DNA from: Mustelus asterias
Taxonomy: Eukaryota
Reading direction: 5' to 3'
Assembly (NCBI RefSeq): GCF_964213995.1
Contig: NW_027591796.1
Location: forward strand, 1-64,000
DNA: 64,000 nucleotides
Shown here: in pieces, positions 61,690-64,000 of the stretch
How positions within the stretch are numbered: the stretch's first letter is position 1
How the letters are laid out: each line of letters starts with the position of its first letter
Made by a program: the position numbers and the translations under genes
Notes under the pieces: generated by a model
The model's database searches: none
Seen by the model: only the letters and a program-made list of their open reading frames with translations
What the model was told of the DNA's origin: nothing

Positions 61690-63015
61690 CAAAGAAAAGC
61701 CAAGCAGTGTGCCTTAATGACTATCATCCAGTGGTTCTGATATCCATCATTATGAAATACTTTGAAAGGTTAGTCATGGCACGAATCAATTCCAGCCTCC
61801 CAGACTGCCTGGATCCACTACAGTTTGCCTCGCACCGCAGCAGGTCCACAGCAGACGTCATCTCCCTGGCCATGCACTTAACCCTGGAACACCTAGATAA
61901 CAAACACACCGATGTCAGACTCCTATTTATTGACAGCTCAGCCTTCAACAACATTATTCCAACAAAACTCATCTCCAAACTCTGTGGCCTGGGCCTCGGC
62001 TCCTCCCTCTGCGATTGGATCCTGAACTTCCCAACCCATAGACCACAATTAGTAATGATAGGCAACAACACCTCCTCCAAGATCATCCTCAACACCGGTG
62101 CCCCACAAGGCTGTGTTCTCAGCCCCCTATTACACTTCTGATACATCTGTGACTGTGTGGTCAAATTTCCCTCCAACTCGATTTTCAAGTTTGCTGACGA
62201 CACCACCGGATGGTGGGTCGGATCTCAAACAATGATGAGACAGAATACCGGAATGAGATAGAGAATCTGGTGAACTGGTGCGGCAACAATAATCTCTCCC
62301 TCAATGTCAACAAAATGAAGAAGATTGTCATTGACTTCAGAAAGTGTAGAGGAGAATATGCCCCTGTCTAAGCAACAGGGACGACGTAGAAAGGGTCGAG
62401 ATCTTCAAGTTTTTAGGTGTCCGGATCACCAACCTGTCCTGGTCCAACACTATAGTGAAGAAAGCCCACCAACTCCTCTACTTTCTCAGAAGACTAAGGA
62501 AATTTGGCATGTCAGCTATGACTCTCATCAACTTTTACAGATGCATCATAGAAGTCATTCTTTCTGGTTGCATTACAGCTTGGCATGGCTCCTGCTCTGC
62601 CCAAGACCACAAGAAACTACCAAAGATCGTGAATTAAGCTCAATCCATCACGCAAACCAGTCTCCCATCCATTGACTCTGTCTACACTTCTGGCAAAGCA
62701 GCCAGCATAATTAATAGCCCCACGCACTCCGGACATTCTCTTCTCTTCCACCTTCTTCCGTCAGGAAAAAGATACAAAAGTCTGCAGTCACATACCAACC
62801 GACTCAAGAACAGCTTCTTCCCTGCTGCCATCAGACTTTTGAATAGACCTACCTTGTCTTAAGTTGATCCTTCTCTGCATCCTAGCTATGACTGTAACAC
62901 TACATTCTGCATCCTCTCCTTTCCTTCTCTATGTATGATATGCTTTGTCTATATAGCGCAAGAAAGAATACTTTTCACTGGATACTAATACATGTGGGAA
63001 TAATAAATCAAATCA
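61690..63015 (+). mobile_element. Rex1/Babar LINE, 5'-truncated
   Basis: [10 protein letters not shown]...[34 protein letters not shown]; AAATCAAATC tail. Confidence 0.9.
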
Positions 63016-63034
63016 AAAAACTATTTGTTCTGTT

Positions 63035-63420
63035 CAATGGCGGGGTGTTTACCCAGCATCGCTAGCGGCGGTGAATGTCTCCTATCAACACGAGAGCACT
63101 GCGCAGGCGCAGTACTGCCCCTTGTCTGGAGCATGCGCATTGGGAGTGCTCGGGAAAGGAAGTTGCTTCTTTCTTGTCTCTGCAACGGATAAGGTAGCGG
63201 CGTGTCCGAGCGATCGTAGGGCGCAGGGGGGTGATCGGAAAAGCTTTATAAATACCAAGTGAAAGCATTAAACCCCGAATAAGAAGCTCGAGGCCAGCCC
63301 CGCGGTTGTCCGGAATCACACTGCTTCCAGCCGTTACAGACCCTGGTTAAACAGCCGCCATCTTGAGAGGGGGCAGTGTGCAGCGGTGCGCATGCGTGGA
63401 CAGCCCTGTCAGCAGGAGGA
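63035..63420. promoter_or_regulatory. CpG-island promoter-like region
   Basis: NRF1-like TGCGCAGGCGCA, GCATGCGCA and GCGCATGCG; ETS GGAAGT; YY1-like GCCGCCATCTT near 63354. Confidence 0.55.
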
Positions 63421-63549
63421 GAGTATGTTGCTCAGAGTCTGACAGCTCAGAAAGAATGATCCTGTCTGTGCCAGCCAGCAAACAGCTAGCTCGCATTTTC
63501 CAGCACTTGATCCATGGCCTCGTGTGCTGTGGTATTTCAAAAGCCGTCT

Positions 63550-64000
63550 ACATTGAATACAGGAGTTGGGACGTCTTGTTGAATTTGTACAAGACATTGG
63601 TAAGGCCACACTTGGAATACTGTGTACAGTTCTGGTCACCCTATTATAGAAAGGATATCATTAAACAAAAAAGAGTGCAGAAAAGATTTACTAGGATTCC
63701 AATGGGACTTGATGGTTTGAGTTATCAGGAGAGCTGGATAGACTGGGATTTTTTTCTCTGGAGTGTCGGAGGCTGAGAGGTGACCTTATAGAGGTCTATA
63801 AAATAATGAGGGGCATAGATCAGCTAGATAGTCAACATCTTTTCCCAAAGGTAAAACTAGAGGGCATAGGTTTAAGGTGAGAGGGGAGAGATACAAAAGT
63901 GTCCAGAGGGACAATTTGTTTCACTCAGAGGGTGGTGAGTGTCTGGAACAAGCTGCCAGAGGTAGTAGTAGAGACAGGTACAATTTTGTCTGTTAAAAAG
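63550..64000 (+). mobile_element. CR1-clade LINE 3' part (runs off the window)
   Basis: [37 protein letters not shown]. Confidence 0.88.

Overview
Vertebrate genomic DNA, almost certainly a shark or other elasmobranch (many HE1/V-SINE-type tRNA-derived SINEs with CR1-type tails, plus Rex1/Babar, CR1, Tx1 and Penelope retroelements). 1-9 kb: a decaying tandem tRNA-Val array (about 1.07-kb unit; one near-canonical Val-CAC gene, one variant Val-AAC, one pseudogene) invaded by hAT, Rex1, SINE and Penelope insertions. 10.4-15.8 kb: a complete five-exon EMC4 gene (180 aa) with a CpG-island promoter, just downstream of a solo LTR. 20-61 kb: a cluster of tandem C2H2 zinc-finger genes with no visible KRAB/SCAN domain (six long ORFs plus pseudogene remnants), built from duplicated promoter, exon-1, leader and 3'UTR modules. 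Notable points: (i) five ZNF paralogs keep 'fossil' fingers with a shared UGA and an upstream AUG in the 5' leader; (ii) minimal hammerhead-ribozyme motifs in Penelope termini, including an inverted pair in a ZNF intron; (iii) a 1.9-kb 18/19-bp minisatellite expanded from a single-copy exon-1 motif; (iv) a GalEa-like copia remnant with a tRNA-iMet PBS; (v) apparent templated captures of nearby sequence and same-site antisense SINE-in-SINE nesting. TE boundaries are approximate (read by eye) and family names come from motif recognition, not database searches.
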